A stretch of DNA of 54,952 bases, the filler included, from Sphacelaria rigidula (lineage: Eukaryota): assembly GCA_964200075.2 (NCBI GenBank). It is 4 parts of 4 records of this genome, joined end to end, with 100 filler letters (N's around TTAATTAATTAA, not from the genome) between each part and the next. Parts side by side here need not be neighbours in the genome. Positions count along the whole stretch, not along the records: positions 1 to 13,666 come from CAXNAA020002736.1; 3 more parts are not named here. One strand, given 5' to 3'. A model generated the notes under the pieces. It did no database searches. It was given only the letters and a program-made list of their open reading frames with translations, and was not told where the DNA came from. The translations under genes and the position numbers were made by a program. Position 1 is the stretch's first letter; each line of letters starts with the position of its first letter. Positions 1-11,016 of the stretch are shown piece after piece.

Positions 1-571
1 TTAAGGGCAAGCGGTCTGGGTTAAGGGCCCTTAACCCAGACCGCTTGCCCTTAAGCGAAAAGTTGCCCTTAACCGGGCGTTGCCCTTAACCTGCAACAGG
101 TCCTCTAAGCACGCGGTCCTCTCACGCATTACACTTTGCACGCCCTAGACAGTTTGGCATTCTTCGGCTGATTCGGGAATATGATGACGATACGTATATC
201 GCTTCTCCGTCGCTAGGGGCAGATGTCAATATTCAGGGGAGCTTGCCCGTATCCGGATGCGCTCCCCCCTACCCAGTTGCGCTTCCCCTTCCCCGGGTGC
301 GCTTCCCCTTACCCAGTTGCGCTTCCCCTCCCGCGGTTGCGCTTCCCGCTACCCAGGTGCGCTTCCCCCTACCCAGGTGCGCTTCCCCATAGTCAGGGGC
401 GCTTGCCCCTAATCCGGACCGTTCCCCCCTAACCAGGGGCGCTTCCCCATAGTCAGGGGCGCTTGCCCTTAATCCGGACCGCTTGCCCTTAGGCGAAAAG
501 TTGCCCTTAATCGGGCGTTGCCCTTAACCTGCAACAGGTCCTCTAAGCACGCGGTCCTCTCACGCATTACA
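1..571. mobile_element. Two right ends (99-133 and 537-571) of a TGT..ACA TIR element family; includes a perfect palindrome centred at 27/28
   Basis: GGTCCTCTAAGCACGCGGTCCTCTCACGCATTACA occurs at 99-133 and 537-571, identical to the right TIR of the MITEs at 2902 and 11954. Bases 1-54 are a perfect inverted repeat. Confidence 0.8.
238..530 (+). repeat. ~20-bp unit minisatellite (GCGCTTCCCC-N10) subterminal to the TIR
   Basis: About a dozen degenerate tandem copies of gcgcttcccc(t/c)tacccagnt, grading into ttgcccttaa repeats. Confidence 0.85.
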
Positions 572-722
572 CAGTCTTGAAAAACAAATGTTCTGTTCCG
601 GTCCGTTTTTCACGGTGTCTCTATCTTCTACCAGTGTCAGTTTCTCAAACGCCCTCTTGAGTTGCTCCACCTCTCTCTCTCTCGAGTCTCTCGATGTTCT
701 CCCTTCTCTCTAACTCCGCCCG

Positions 723-726
<4 letters not shown>

Positions 727-763
<37 letters not shown>
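727..763. repeat. (CT)n microsatellite
   Basis: Uninterrupted CT dinucleotide run. Confidence 0.95.
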
Positions 764-767
<4 letters not shown>

Positions 768-1336
768 ATTTGTCGTAATTCTCAAGTTCGTATCTCATCA
801 CCTCCCACAGCCGGTCCGAAGACTTCGGCATAGTTGTCTCAACCCACTCTTGTATTCGTAACTTTTCCCATCCCGGGCAATAACAGCCATCGGCCGCCAA
901 TGTTGTTTGTTATCTCTCCTCTCCAGTAGTAGTGTCTCCTCAACCAACACATTGCTCACCTCATGCACGAGACTTACACCAGTCAACTCTTCGCTAGCGT
1001 GAGAAGGAGCTCGATGCATCGGTGACGATTATGCGCCTTCCCTCATCATCTCCCCATTATCATTCACCATATAATCTCATACCATAACCCATGTATACCC
1101 ACATACAATCGATATACCCGAAGAAAAGAAAAACGACTGAAGAACAACAGCGGAACTGAATTCGGGTGCGTGGGATGTGCTTGCGACACCACGGAATAAC
1201 AACAGGAAAGCGTCATACCACACAATCCGATGAAACGCCTCCTATACGGAATACTCCAACATCCCCACATTCCGGTCATTTCGTCCACATAACCCTTGTA
1301 TCATATCACGCGATCCGACATGCACGCAGTACCCTA

Positions 1337-1584
1337 GACACTTTCCACGATAGCCCACCCCCGAAACCAGCCAAACGTGTCACGAAACAAATGGCCATAC
1401 AGCGCCTGGTGTTTTGGTTCAGGCTGCATGAAGCGCCTCATATTGGCGACATTGGCTAAAACGAACCCAAGCGTGGGAATCCCCAGCTGCTCGTTGTGCT
1501 CGGCTTTTCCCACTTCGATTTACGTGAAGATTTTGCCTCCGGAAACCATGTACGTTTTGGGGGGGGGATATCGTACACAGTATC
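1337..1584 (+). mobile_element. ~250-bp MITE family B, copy 1
   Basis: Degenerate TIR gacactttccacgatagccc / gggatatcgtacacagtatc. The interior matches the reverse complement of 37311-37573 and, more weakly, 30105-30330. Confidence 0.75.
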
Positions 1585-2312
1585 CCTACAAGTCATCATT
1601 ATCCTCACGACTGAGTGTAAGCATATCCGATCAGCTCCCCTGGTTACGACGCAGTCGTGATCTCGAAAACGCAATGGCATACGATGATATCGCTCGTATA
1701 CTGAGAACTACTCCACAAAGTCACACATGTATACCCAAGCGTCACTATCTAGAGATAAACTCACGGATTAACGTTTTGGACAACGGGGATTTTCTTCCGG
1801 AAAACACTTGAAAAGACTTTGCACAAAGCTTACCGTAGTGCTGCGATGATGCTAAGAGTGCATTCGAACAGCACTCCGTAAGTATGTTGGTTAAGCCTCC
1901 GGCCTGGGCACACAAAAAGCAGCAACAACAGCCTGGGATATCACACCCAGCACTTTGTCGCGTATGAAACACCGTGATATTTAGACCTTTCAAAAGCCAC
2001 CCTGACCCGGCTGGTCACTCAGTACAGAGTCCACTGCATTGAGTCTAGGCTACCCTGAGAACGACAGCTGATTATTTTCTCGCGCAGCACCAACCACCCG
2101 AGACAAGGTCCCAGGCAAGTTCACAGCGCCGACTGTGACTTGCAAAAAAGCACCAGAGATATGTGTCTACGTATCAGGTATTAATTGCACACCGCTCGAG
2201 CAAGACTGTGATATCAAACGCCGTACAACTGTGACCTACCAATCACACACTCAACCTCACTACACCTCGAACATGTGGAGGAGAAACCAGAAGTTCAGAA
2301 GACTTGATAATA

Positions 2313-2610
2313 CAGTGTATTCGTGAGATTGAGAGTAGAGGATACGATTGAGAGTGAAAGGTGGTCAATTAGTGAATGAATCGTTTCGGTTCCGAAATGC
2401 CCCTCCACGAGACTCAATATTCTTTCTGTAGTAGCTGGCCACTGAGGCCCTTGATATCCCTGAGTAGGATATCGACGTGTAGCTGCAAGCACACACGCAA
2501 GTGAGAAAAGCAAAGAAAAGCACCCACGGAATGAAAAAATGGCCAAGTTAAAGCGAATGGTGGAAGCCACTCTCAATCAGCGCTCCACTCTCAATCTCAC
2601 GAAAACGTTG
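2313..2610. mobile_element. MITE with ~40-bp TIRs, possibly Tc1/mariner-derived
   Basis: ttcgtgagattgagagtagag..gattgagagtg at 2320 pairs with its inverse cactctcaatc..ctccactctcaatctcacgaa ending 2603. The left end reads TA|CAGT. Confidence 0.65.
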
Positions 2611-2901
2611 TTATAAGAGGGTGAATTGATGACAGACTTCGATGGGGGCAAAGCACAAGGCGTGAAGTATAACAACACTTACGATCTCGATCATGATCAT
2701 CTACTTATCTGTTACCGGCTACTACCTGAAATGTTCGAATATCTTCAGTGCAAGTACGTGGGCATTATACCCGGAATAGGTTTTCCCGGATCTTGGAAAT
2801 GTTCATCGATTTGGGAATCAACCGTCGAACGAAGTATTCCTAAACCATCACATTCATCTCGCATCTTTGTACGTTTACACATTGCAAAAATGCCTGCGTA
2901 G

Positions 2902-3112
2902 TGTAATGCGTGAGAGAACCGCGTGCTTAGAGGACCGCGCCGTACTTCAAAACACCTCAGGGTCGATGTTTTACAAAACCAATTGGGCCAGTCCCTGCAG
3001 GTACCACGCCCCTGACCATAACCCCAACACTAACCCTAAGCCTAACTCCAACCATGGGGATGTTCAAATTCCGATGCGGTCCTCTAAGCACGCGGTCCTC
3101 TCACGCATTACA
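2902..3112 (+). mobile_element. 211-bp MITE family A (TGT..ACA TIR), TSD GTAG
   Basis: ~37-bp TIR TGTAATGCGTGAGAG(A/G)ACCGCGTGCTTAGAGGACCG; GTAG on both sides (2898-2901, 3113-3116); degenerate CCCTAA-like core. Confidence 0.92.
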
Positions 3113-3203
3113 GTAGTACCCTCGACGGGATGCGCACTATGCATCGCTGACGTCTTCTGAGTTTAACAAGCCCGAAGAAAAGAGTTGAAGAAATGCTTGT
3201 TGC

Positions 3204-3694
3204 TGGTGAAGTGATCTAACTGGTCGATATTCGCGAATGTGAACACGGCTTCTCAGTTTCAGACGCTGGAGCAGTTGATAGCTCAGACAGCAGTCGGGCA
3301 TGTCTCGATGATGGAGATTATTGAAAACCTCCTAGTATTATTGAAGAACCGTGATGGTTCCCGGTCGCATTGAATCCCTAACTCACGCAAGGAGATGTAC
3401 TCGGCGTACTATGCTTTACCGAGGAGTAGACGTGGGCAGCAGTAATTTAGCTGCCAGAAGGGCATTGGAAGGAAGTGAGCAAAAGGGAGGGCTGCTTTGC
3501 CTGCCTCGCTCTTCCTNNNNNNNNNTCTTAACGTCTAGAATTCGCTGGGGATATCACCCGTGCTAATCACCTCCTATTCTCAAAGTCTCTTTTTCTCGAA
3601 TAAGACTTATTTCTGGAACGTACTTCGCAAATTGTTCCTACTGGTGAATCTACCTGATTGGCAGAGTACAGGATATACTACGTATTCCTCAACA
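3204..3694 (-). repeat. Copia 3' LTR
   Basis: Homologous to 8627-9839. Ends CCTCAACA on the + strand, followed by CCCCCGC (PPT complement). Confidence 0.9.
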
Positions 3695-3754
3695 CCCCCG
3701 CATGCTCAACAAGTCGGACACGCTACGGTACTTGCTCTCTGGACTTTCGCAACC

Positions 3755-5300
3755 CTAAAAACCATTCATCAGAGAACGAGTATGCCCCTCAAACGTCTTC
3801 GCGTCCAACTCTTTGGTGAGGACGTCCGCGTGTTGCTCTCCTGGATTCATGTATTCCACACGGACGATGCCGCTGTCGACGGCGTCCCTCACGACGTGGT
3901 GTTTGACGTCGATGTGCCTTGTCCGTCGGCTGCTGAACCGGTTGCTTGACATTTTAATAGCGCCCTGGTTGCCCTCCTGACGAGGGATCCCGGTGTCAGC
4001 GGGCGGTGCCATGAAGTATTTTACCTGTCTGAGGAAGCGCAGCTCGTTGGTTGGTTCTGCGAGCGTGATATACCCCGACTCTGATGAAGTCGAAGCGGTC
4101 AGCTTCTGTACCCTGGAGAACCAGCTGATGGCACCTCCGGCCAGTATGAACGCTGCGCCTGACACTGAACGCCGAGTATCCGGGCACATCGAGTGGTCAG
4201 GGTCGACCCACGCGGAAAACTTGGTGTCGCTTCTGGACGTTTCTCCGTACACGATCCTGCAGTCTTTGGTGTTCTTCAGGTACTGCATGACCTTCATAAC
4301 TGCTTCCCAATGTGCCGGTCCCGGGTTTTCGCTGAACTTGGCGACGTTGTGTGCTGCGAAGGATAGATCGGGCCTCGTCGTGGCGGCAATCCATATCAGT
4401 ACTCCCACCGCCTCTCGGTAAGGGATACCTCGCATCTCTTTCACTTCGTCTCTGTTTTCTGATCCGTCTGTCTTCGAGAGCGCAGCTACTCCAGTAGCGA
4501 CCGGAATCTTGTACGTTTTGACGATCTTGAAGCGCTCGATCACTTTCTTCGCGTCTTGGCGTTGGTCAAGAGTCACCGCTCGAAGCTTGCGGTCCCGGGA
4601 GACGTGGCACCCGAGGTAGTATGAGGTTTCCCTCAGGTCCTTGATGGAAAATCTCAATTGCAGATCTGCGAGTGCCCTTTCTTCGTCCTCCTTCGTGGCG
4701 CTGACCAGAAGAAGATCGTCCACGTAGACGACTATGATGACTGCCACGCCGCCTTCTCGCTTCTTGCGGTAGACGCAGGGGTCGGCTTGCGACTTCTCGA
4801 AACCCTTGCGGAGCTCTTCTTGGCGAAACTTCTTTGACCACAGTAGTCCTGCGTGCACGAGGCCATACATGGCCTTGTTGAGTCGTCCCCCTTGGTTCTT
4901 GAACTGACGGTATCCGTCAGGTAGTCCAATGTAGATCTCTTCCTCGACATCCGCCTCGAGGTAGGCCATATTTACATCTAGTTGGAGTCCTTCCTAGTTC
5001 TGTGTCACCATGCGCGCAAGTGCCATCCGATGCTGGACTGCGCCGGTGTGGGAGAGGGGCCTCCTGGGAGTGAATACCAGGTATCTGGCGAAACCCTTGG
5101 GCAAAACATTGGCACGTGTACTTCTCAATCTGCCCGTCCTTGATGATTTTCCTCTTGAAGACGAGTCTCGTGCCAAGAATAGTTCTGCCTTCGGGGTGGT
5201 CTACCGTTTCCCAAATTCCGCGAAAGGGTTGTTCCTCTATCTCGCGTTGCAAGGCTTTTCGCCACTGGATACACTCTGGGGATGATTGTGCTTGTCTCAG
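3755..5300 (-). pseudogene. Copia reverse transcriptase / RNase H (404-aa open segment plus frameshifted N-terminal part)
   Basis: AYLEADVEEEIYI, LNKAMYGL, DPCVY, VYVDDLL, YYLG, PYREAVG, TRPDL, RRSVSG, ISWFS, RTRHIDVKHH, QHADVLTK; upstream fragments GTRLVFKRK and AQGFRQIPG. Confidence 0.95.
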
Positions 5301-5818
5301 TCTTGTTCGTTCCTCTGGTATCTCGCTTGGTAGTGCAACGATGACTGCTGCTTCTTTGACCATAACATCCTCCAATTCCCTGGTCTCCATGTTCTCGGTA
5401 TGAGCTTTCATCGCGGAACTGAGCAGCGCGATTAGCCCTCCTACACGTGTGCGTCGCGGTAGGAAGGCTGGAGTTTCGTCCGTGTGGTAGCTTGCCGATT
5501 TGCGTGCAGCTGCGGTCGTGGGCGTGGTGGTCGCTTTGTTGCGTCTTTCTTCGTCCTCCTGCTCGGAGATACCCGACTCGAGCTCTGCCTCTTTCCTGGA
5601 GGGGTATTCGGCAATGGTGTTCAAGGTCGTTGGAGTGAACGACCGGCGTTCAGGTGCGTGCTTGTACCTCTCTCCCGGCTTGGCGGCGGTCGGCCCGTCG
5701 CGTGCAGGTGGACTCGAGGGTGCCAGACAACATGTTGGCGCGGAACGACCGATCCGGTGGTGAGGTTTCGTACCCGGTATATGAGTGATGTGCGATTCAT
5801 CGCAGTGCTCAGCAGACT

Positions 5819-8070
5819 TCACCTGTTTTCGCACGGGGCCAGCTTGTGTGGCGGATCGTGCCGGCGTAAGTAGCCGATGGTGCCGGACGGAAGGATCTCG
5901 GTGAAGGAAGGTTTTTGGCCATACCAGAGCTCGTAGGCCGTGAGTCCGCGACCCAATAACGATGTGACGTTCTTGTTGGTCATGCCGCAGGCGTATTGCA
6001 TGACATCGACCCAGAGGCGATCGGATTTCCGTTCCTTGAGGCTGCAAAGTAGGGCGACAGTTTTGTCGCGCAATAATCCAAGGGCTCGTTCGGCGACCCG
6101 GTTGTACTGAGGTATGTGAGATGGCGTACGCACGCTTGGTGCCCAGCTTGTCGTGGAGGTCTTGAAACTTTCGTGGTGTTCCCCTCCATCATCAGTACGG
6201 ATGATGCCGATCTTGACGCCAGCAGGGGCCATGTGCGTGGCGACGATGTCCTCAAGTACTGCAGTGGTATTGTCCTTCTTCTTCAGAAACCGTATGATCT
6301 TGAAACAGCTGTAGTCGTCGACAAACAGCATTACGTAGTGGCTACCAAAAGGCGATGTGTCCGCGAAGGGTCCGGCGATTTCGATGAAGAATCGCCCAGC
6401 ACGGGTATCAGCGCGCGTGTCTGTGATATTTGGCACAGCAAAGCGTCGAACTCGTGATTCGGAGCGGGGCGCACATGGTCGCAACTCGCCTGTCAGCTGT
6501 ATGCAGGCCATCTTGGCAGCCTCGCGCATGATCTCCGCTCGCTGAGGTGTCCGAGTATCTCGTGAAAAACCATGATGTCTTGGGCGTCGGGCTTCGAACC
6601 GGGCTTCTTGCCAAGCTTTGCTTGGTCGAGCTTTGGTGGTGACGCGTTGTTGGGCTTCAGCGTGCCTGGGCGGCGTCGAACCTTGGTCTCGTGAAGGTCG
6701 CTCTCGGGATGGAGCCTTCGAACCTTGGTCCCTGCGGGGGTTTGATGGTGCCGGGTGCAGGGTACATTTGGACGGGCGTATGAGTGACTTGGAAAGTTTT
6801 GTCACCGAAAGCATGTTGTGATTTCCCAGTTGGGGCACGTGCTCCACGTGCTGTAGCTCGAGGTCCTTCGTGGTTCGACTTAAATCGCCGGTGTCTCGGT
6901 ATGCTTCGACGTCTAGCCGGCCGTATCCGGCGGTAGGGAGGGATTTTCCGTCGGCGATCTCCGCGCAGTTGTTGGTTGAGGTCGTGTCGTAGTCGCGTAG
7001 ATTAGCGGCGCTTGACGTCATTTGCTCCTTTGCTCCGCTGTCGGCCACCCAGAACTCGTCGTCTTGATTATTTTTGGCGATAAGTCCGCCAGTGGTGGAA
7101 GTCTTCGCCAGCAGGCCGTCGCCGAGGGCGCCTGTCGAGTACCCAGTCATTATCATGCCTTGCTGACGGCCGTTCGCACAAGAACATCTCGAGTTGGGTG
7201 TCTTGCGGTCTTCGACGTTGTTCCGCCCTGTAGTTTGCCCTTCCGGCGACTGGAGCTTCGCCCTCGGCCTTGGTTGCGGACGACCTCTTGAAATTTGTGG
7301 CAAGATGTTGCATCGTGCCCGGGCTTGGAGCAGAGGACGCAGAAGGAAGCAGATCTGTTGCTACCCGAGTTCGTAGTTATGAGTGTGTGTTAGCCTGTAG
7401 CAGTTTTGTTCCCCTCGAGACGCTCGTACTGGTTGAGGATCGGGCGTTCGATCCAGTCTCGATCGGGCCAGTTGGCTGGACTTCCGAACATCTGAGCCTC
7501 CGCGTCGTACTGGCTTGTCAGCCCCGATATGATTACAACGTCGATATCCTTTTCGTCGACGGGTCTGCCGACGCGCTCAAGTTATCGAAGGAGGCGATCG
7601 ACTCTAAGAAGATGCTTCCGAGCGTGTTCCCTGAGCTCCATCTTGGAACCGTCAAATGTTATGATGAGCTTCTTTCGTTCTTTATGCCTACTTGTGTGGT
7701 AGTGTTCTACCAGTCGTCGCCAGGCTTGGCTGGGAGAAACAGAGGGTTGTACAATCTCAAGGGCGATTCCCTTAAAATTAGTGACATGGGAAACCTACAC
7801 CTGACTGACCTTTCTTGGGGACTCTGGGTCGAGGACGCTGCTATCGAACTCCTCTTGTCCCACATTCACTTCTTGGTCGCCGGTGGCACTAAGCACATCT
7901 TTGCATACCAGCGCCGTCAACTGGGCCCGATGTGCTTGGAACCAGTTGTTTTAGTCTTCAGGTTCCCCGGAGAATTTGAACTCGATCTTGGCGTTGGCCT
8001 GTCGTGGGTCCGCTGGTGCGAACCGAGGCAATGGAAACTGCTTCTGTTGCTGCTGCTGGATTCCGTCCAT
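5819..8070 (-). pseudogene. Copia gag-protease-integrase, frameshifted
   Basis: Gag zinc knuckle CVLCSKPGHDATSC (~7299-7340); protease WVADSGA; integrase IAGPF..FVDDYS, IRTDDGGE, PQYNRVAER, YELWYG. Confidence 0.9.
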
Positions 8071-8078
8071 TAGCGCTT

Positions 8079-8407
8079 AACAGACAACTCTATAGAGTGA
8101 GGTTGTACACTAAAATGAGGTTCAAGACCAAAACAGTGCTTTCCCCTCACTTTTAGCGATGGTGACCGATGACGTTTTTGTCGGCCCAATGCCCCTTGAT
8201 CGCGTAAATACTTGTTCAGAGCATTTTACCGACTCTGTGAGCTTACAACGCTGACCGAAACCGCCACTTTTGCTGATAACACACCCGACGCAAACACTAG
8301 GCCGACAAAAAGGTCATCGGGCACCATTGGTGTAAGTGTGGGGAAGGCACCGTTTTGGGCTTGAACCTCATTTAAGTGTATAACATCATTTTATGGAGTT
8401 GTCTGTT
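8079..8407. mobile_element. MITE with ~108-bp TIRs (AACAG..CTGTT), 4-bp TSD GCTT, inserted in the copia 5' internal region
   Basis: aacagacaactc..tttttgtcggcc pairs with the inverse ggccgacaaaaa..gagttgtctgtt; GCTT at 8075-8078 and 8408-8411. Confidence 0.88.
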
Positions 8408-8889
8408 GCTTGTTGCTGCTGTTGCCCCTGAGCCTGGACTTGCTGCACCACTTGCTGTTGAAACTGCTGTTGCTGTTGCATCATCGCTTGTACAGCAGTC
8501 ATGAACTATAACAGGTTTCCTTCTCCCGATTGCGCCGCACTTGACAAACGTGTCTCCATCTCTCTCGATCTCCGGAAAAAACCGTAGAGCTAGTGACTGC
8601 CCCCGTTAGTAGTAAAACGTTATACATGTTGAGGTAATCTAACTCGATGAGATTCACGGTTGTGAACACGGCTTCCCAGTTTCAGACGCTGGAGCAGTTG
8701 ATAGCTCAGACAGCAGTCGAGCGCGTCCCGATGATGGAGATGATTGAAAACCTCCTAGTATTATTGAAGAACCATTATGGTCCCTAGTCACTCTCAATCC
8801 CTAACTTACGCAAGGAGATACACTCGGCGTACTATAACAGCGGATTCTGAAAAATGAGGATAAACATAAATGAGGTTCAACGCAAAAGC

Positions 8890-9162
8890 CTGACCTAAAG
8901 TCATGGCGAATGACTTTTATATGGACGACCTCATCCATACCGACCTCCCTGAAACTATTTTGGGGGATTTCTAGCCTTCCGTTCCCCCGAAGGGTATGTG
9001 CAAAAGCACACTTTTATCTCGACGCTTTTTGGCCCCAAAATCGTGCTTTCGCACATATCCTTCGGAGGAACGGAAGGCTGGAGACCTCCCGAAACAGGTT
9101 TAGGGAGGTCAGGAGGGATGAGGTCGTCCATGTGAAATTTATTTGTCATGACTTTATATCAG
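8890..9162. mobile_element. MITE with ~65-bp TIRs inside the 5' LTR insertion 8836-9170
   Basis: ctgacctaaagtcatg..ggacgacctcatcc..gacctccct pairs with the inverse agggaggtc..ggatgaggtcgtcc..catgactttatatcag. Absent from the 3' LTR. Confidence 0.82.
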
Positions 9163-9463
9163 AGATATATGCTCCACCGAGGAGTAGATGTGGGCAGCAG
9201 TGAGTTAGCTGTCAGAAGGAAGTCCGAAGGAAGTGAGCAAAAGCGGGGGTCGCTTTGCCTGCCTCNNNNNNNNNNCTCGACATCTAGAAATCGCTAGGGA
9301 AATCACCCCTGCTAATCACCCGCTCGCTTGGGAATTCACCTGTGGTAATCACCCGCTCACTTGGGAAATCACCTGTGCTAATCATCCGCTTACTAGGGAA
9401 ATCACCCGTGCTGTTCGCCAAGTATAGAAATCGGTGGGAAATCACCCGTCCTAATCACCCGCT

Positions 9464-9716
9464 GAGTGATGCTACGGTAGGGTTGCACATTTTGAGCGAA
9501 AATGTTTCTCGGGGTGTTGCACGCATCATTTTGGGAATCGGCGTCATTTTCACTTGAAAAAGACTGAAAATGATGCCGATTCACGAAATGGCCCCTGTGT
9601 GCATCTCCATGTCCTGTCCCCGGAGATTTGGGTTTCACAGTAAGCCCCATATATTTGGGCTCCTACAAAAACGAGACTCAGAAACAAAAAGTGCAACCCC
9701 TATCGTAGCATTGATC
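9464..9716. mobile_element. MITE with ~25-bp TIRs and 4-bp TSD CGCT (GAG start, Sola-like)
   Basis: gagtgatgctacggtagggttgcac / gtgcaacccctatcgtagcattgatc; CGCT at 9460-9463 and 9717-9720. Absent from the 3' LTR. Confidence 0.82.
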
Positions 9717-11016
9717 CGCTATTCTCGAAGTCTAATTTTCTCGAATGAATCTTATTCCTGGGACGTACTTCACAAATTGTGCCTACTGGTGAATCTAACT
9801 AACTTGCAGAGTACAGTATATACTGCGTATTCCTTCACAGTTGCTACCAGAACCCAGACGTGCTTCTCGAGAGTTTTTTTCTCGAGACTCGTCCATCAGT
9901 CTCGGATATCAGGTGAAACGGTCTTCACCCAACGTTAAGTTGCCGCCAGACTGTCGATGTTTGAGTTGATCATTCTTACATCCACGGGTATTGGCCAAAG
10001 ATATGCGGTTCGAGTTCCGGCCTTGATTGTGGAAGCAAAGTTTGACATATGAAAGTTGAGGCTTGCAAGGGGCAGAGGGCCCCGGAGATCACTGATATGT
10101 CATGCCGGGACGGACCACACAGCATATCGTTTGTTCAGGAAGCGAGCGCTCGCTGGTTCAATGGTTAAACTGTTCGCCCTGGGCACTGACATCGTCAGAC
10201 TGTTTTTTTCGCGCCGAACCAGCAGCAGAAATGTAAAAAAGAATCGGTGGCCCTCACTATCGAACCTCCCGAAAACTACTCATCATCAAAATTATTTCGG
10301 ACCCGCCACTCCTTTGTCAAATCAAGGCGTACATCATATGTGGTTCGAAATTGCACTCGATCGTGACGCTGCGTGTTCAACGCCTGGATTGCAAACCAGG
10401 ACCGCAAGTATTCACCCTCAATTCATCTGTGACGTTTCGGTCAGTGCAGCAGTGTATGCGCGATGAATTACAACGCACGTTGCTTCTGAGGCGCAAATCA
10501 GCGATGTGCGACAACCATTCAATCGACGAATGAATCAAGACGGGACAGTTCACGTGAGAACCACGCATATTCGCATCATGCGGGTGTTGGGATACCTTTT
10601 GCATTGACTCGTATTTGGCTGCGTAGTGCTTTGATGGGTATTGATTGATTGGTTAACTGATTACCATATATGAACTCATCTCCGGAGCATTGATCGATTG
10701 ATTGATTGCCACAGATGAACTCATCTCCGGAGCATCCAGTCGTGATCATATTATTGTTGCACGCAGGGTAAGCTAGACGGAAACGTTAAAAACAAATAAC
10801 TCAAGTACGGGAGAAGACAAAGAAGAAAAAAGAGTAAGGACCGACCGAGCGAATCAACCAACGACGAGAGACACACGAAACAGGAAGTACAAGGAAAAAG
10901 GAAAATAAGCGGTGAGGGAAGTAAGTGAATTTCGAGGTTGAACACTAAAATGGGCTTCCTGCGGCAGAACTAAATTGCAGGCTAAATGCGAAACAGTTAC
11001 ACTAAGGAGAGCCACC

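Larger units (their letters stand above)
3204..9839 (-). mobile_element. Full-length decayed Ty1/copia LTR retrotransposon
   Basis: Two LTRs (3204-3694 and 8627-9839), 5-bp TSD GTTGC (3199-3203, 9840-9844), G-rich PPT adjacent to 3694, and gag-PR-IN-RT-RH order on the minus strand. Confidence 0.95.
8627..9839 (-). repeat. Copia 5' LTR, expanded by two insertions and a ~33-bp tandem repeat
   Basis: Begins TGTTGAGG. Colinear with 3204-3694 once 8836-9170 and 9464-9716 are removed. gggaaatcacccgtgctaatcacccgct repeats at 9297-9463. Confidence 0.9.

Noticed and set aside
238..530. CRISPR-like periodic repeat
   Set aside because: 20-bp tandem units have no unique spacers, there are no cas genes, and the context is a eukaryotic transposon subterminus.
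637..1019. Short ORFs running into (AG)n
   Set aside because: No recognisable motif; possibly a retroelement tail but not supportable.
2867..3160. Similar short ORFs VMRERTACLEDR at 2867, 11658 and 11882
   Set aside because: They are translations of the MITE A terminal inverted repeats.
7270..8073. 267-aa plus-strand ORF and other ORFs antisense to the copia
   Set aside because: These are shadow frames of gag-pol with no independent motifs.
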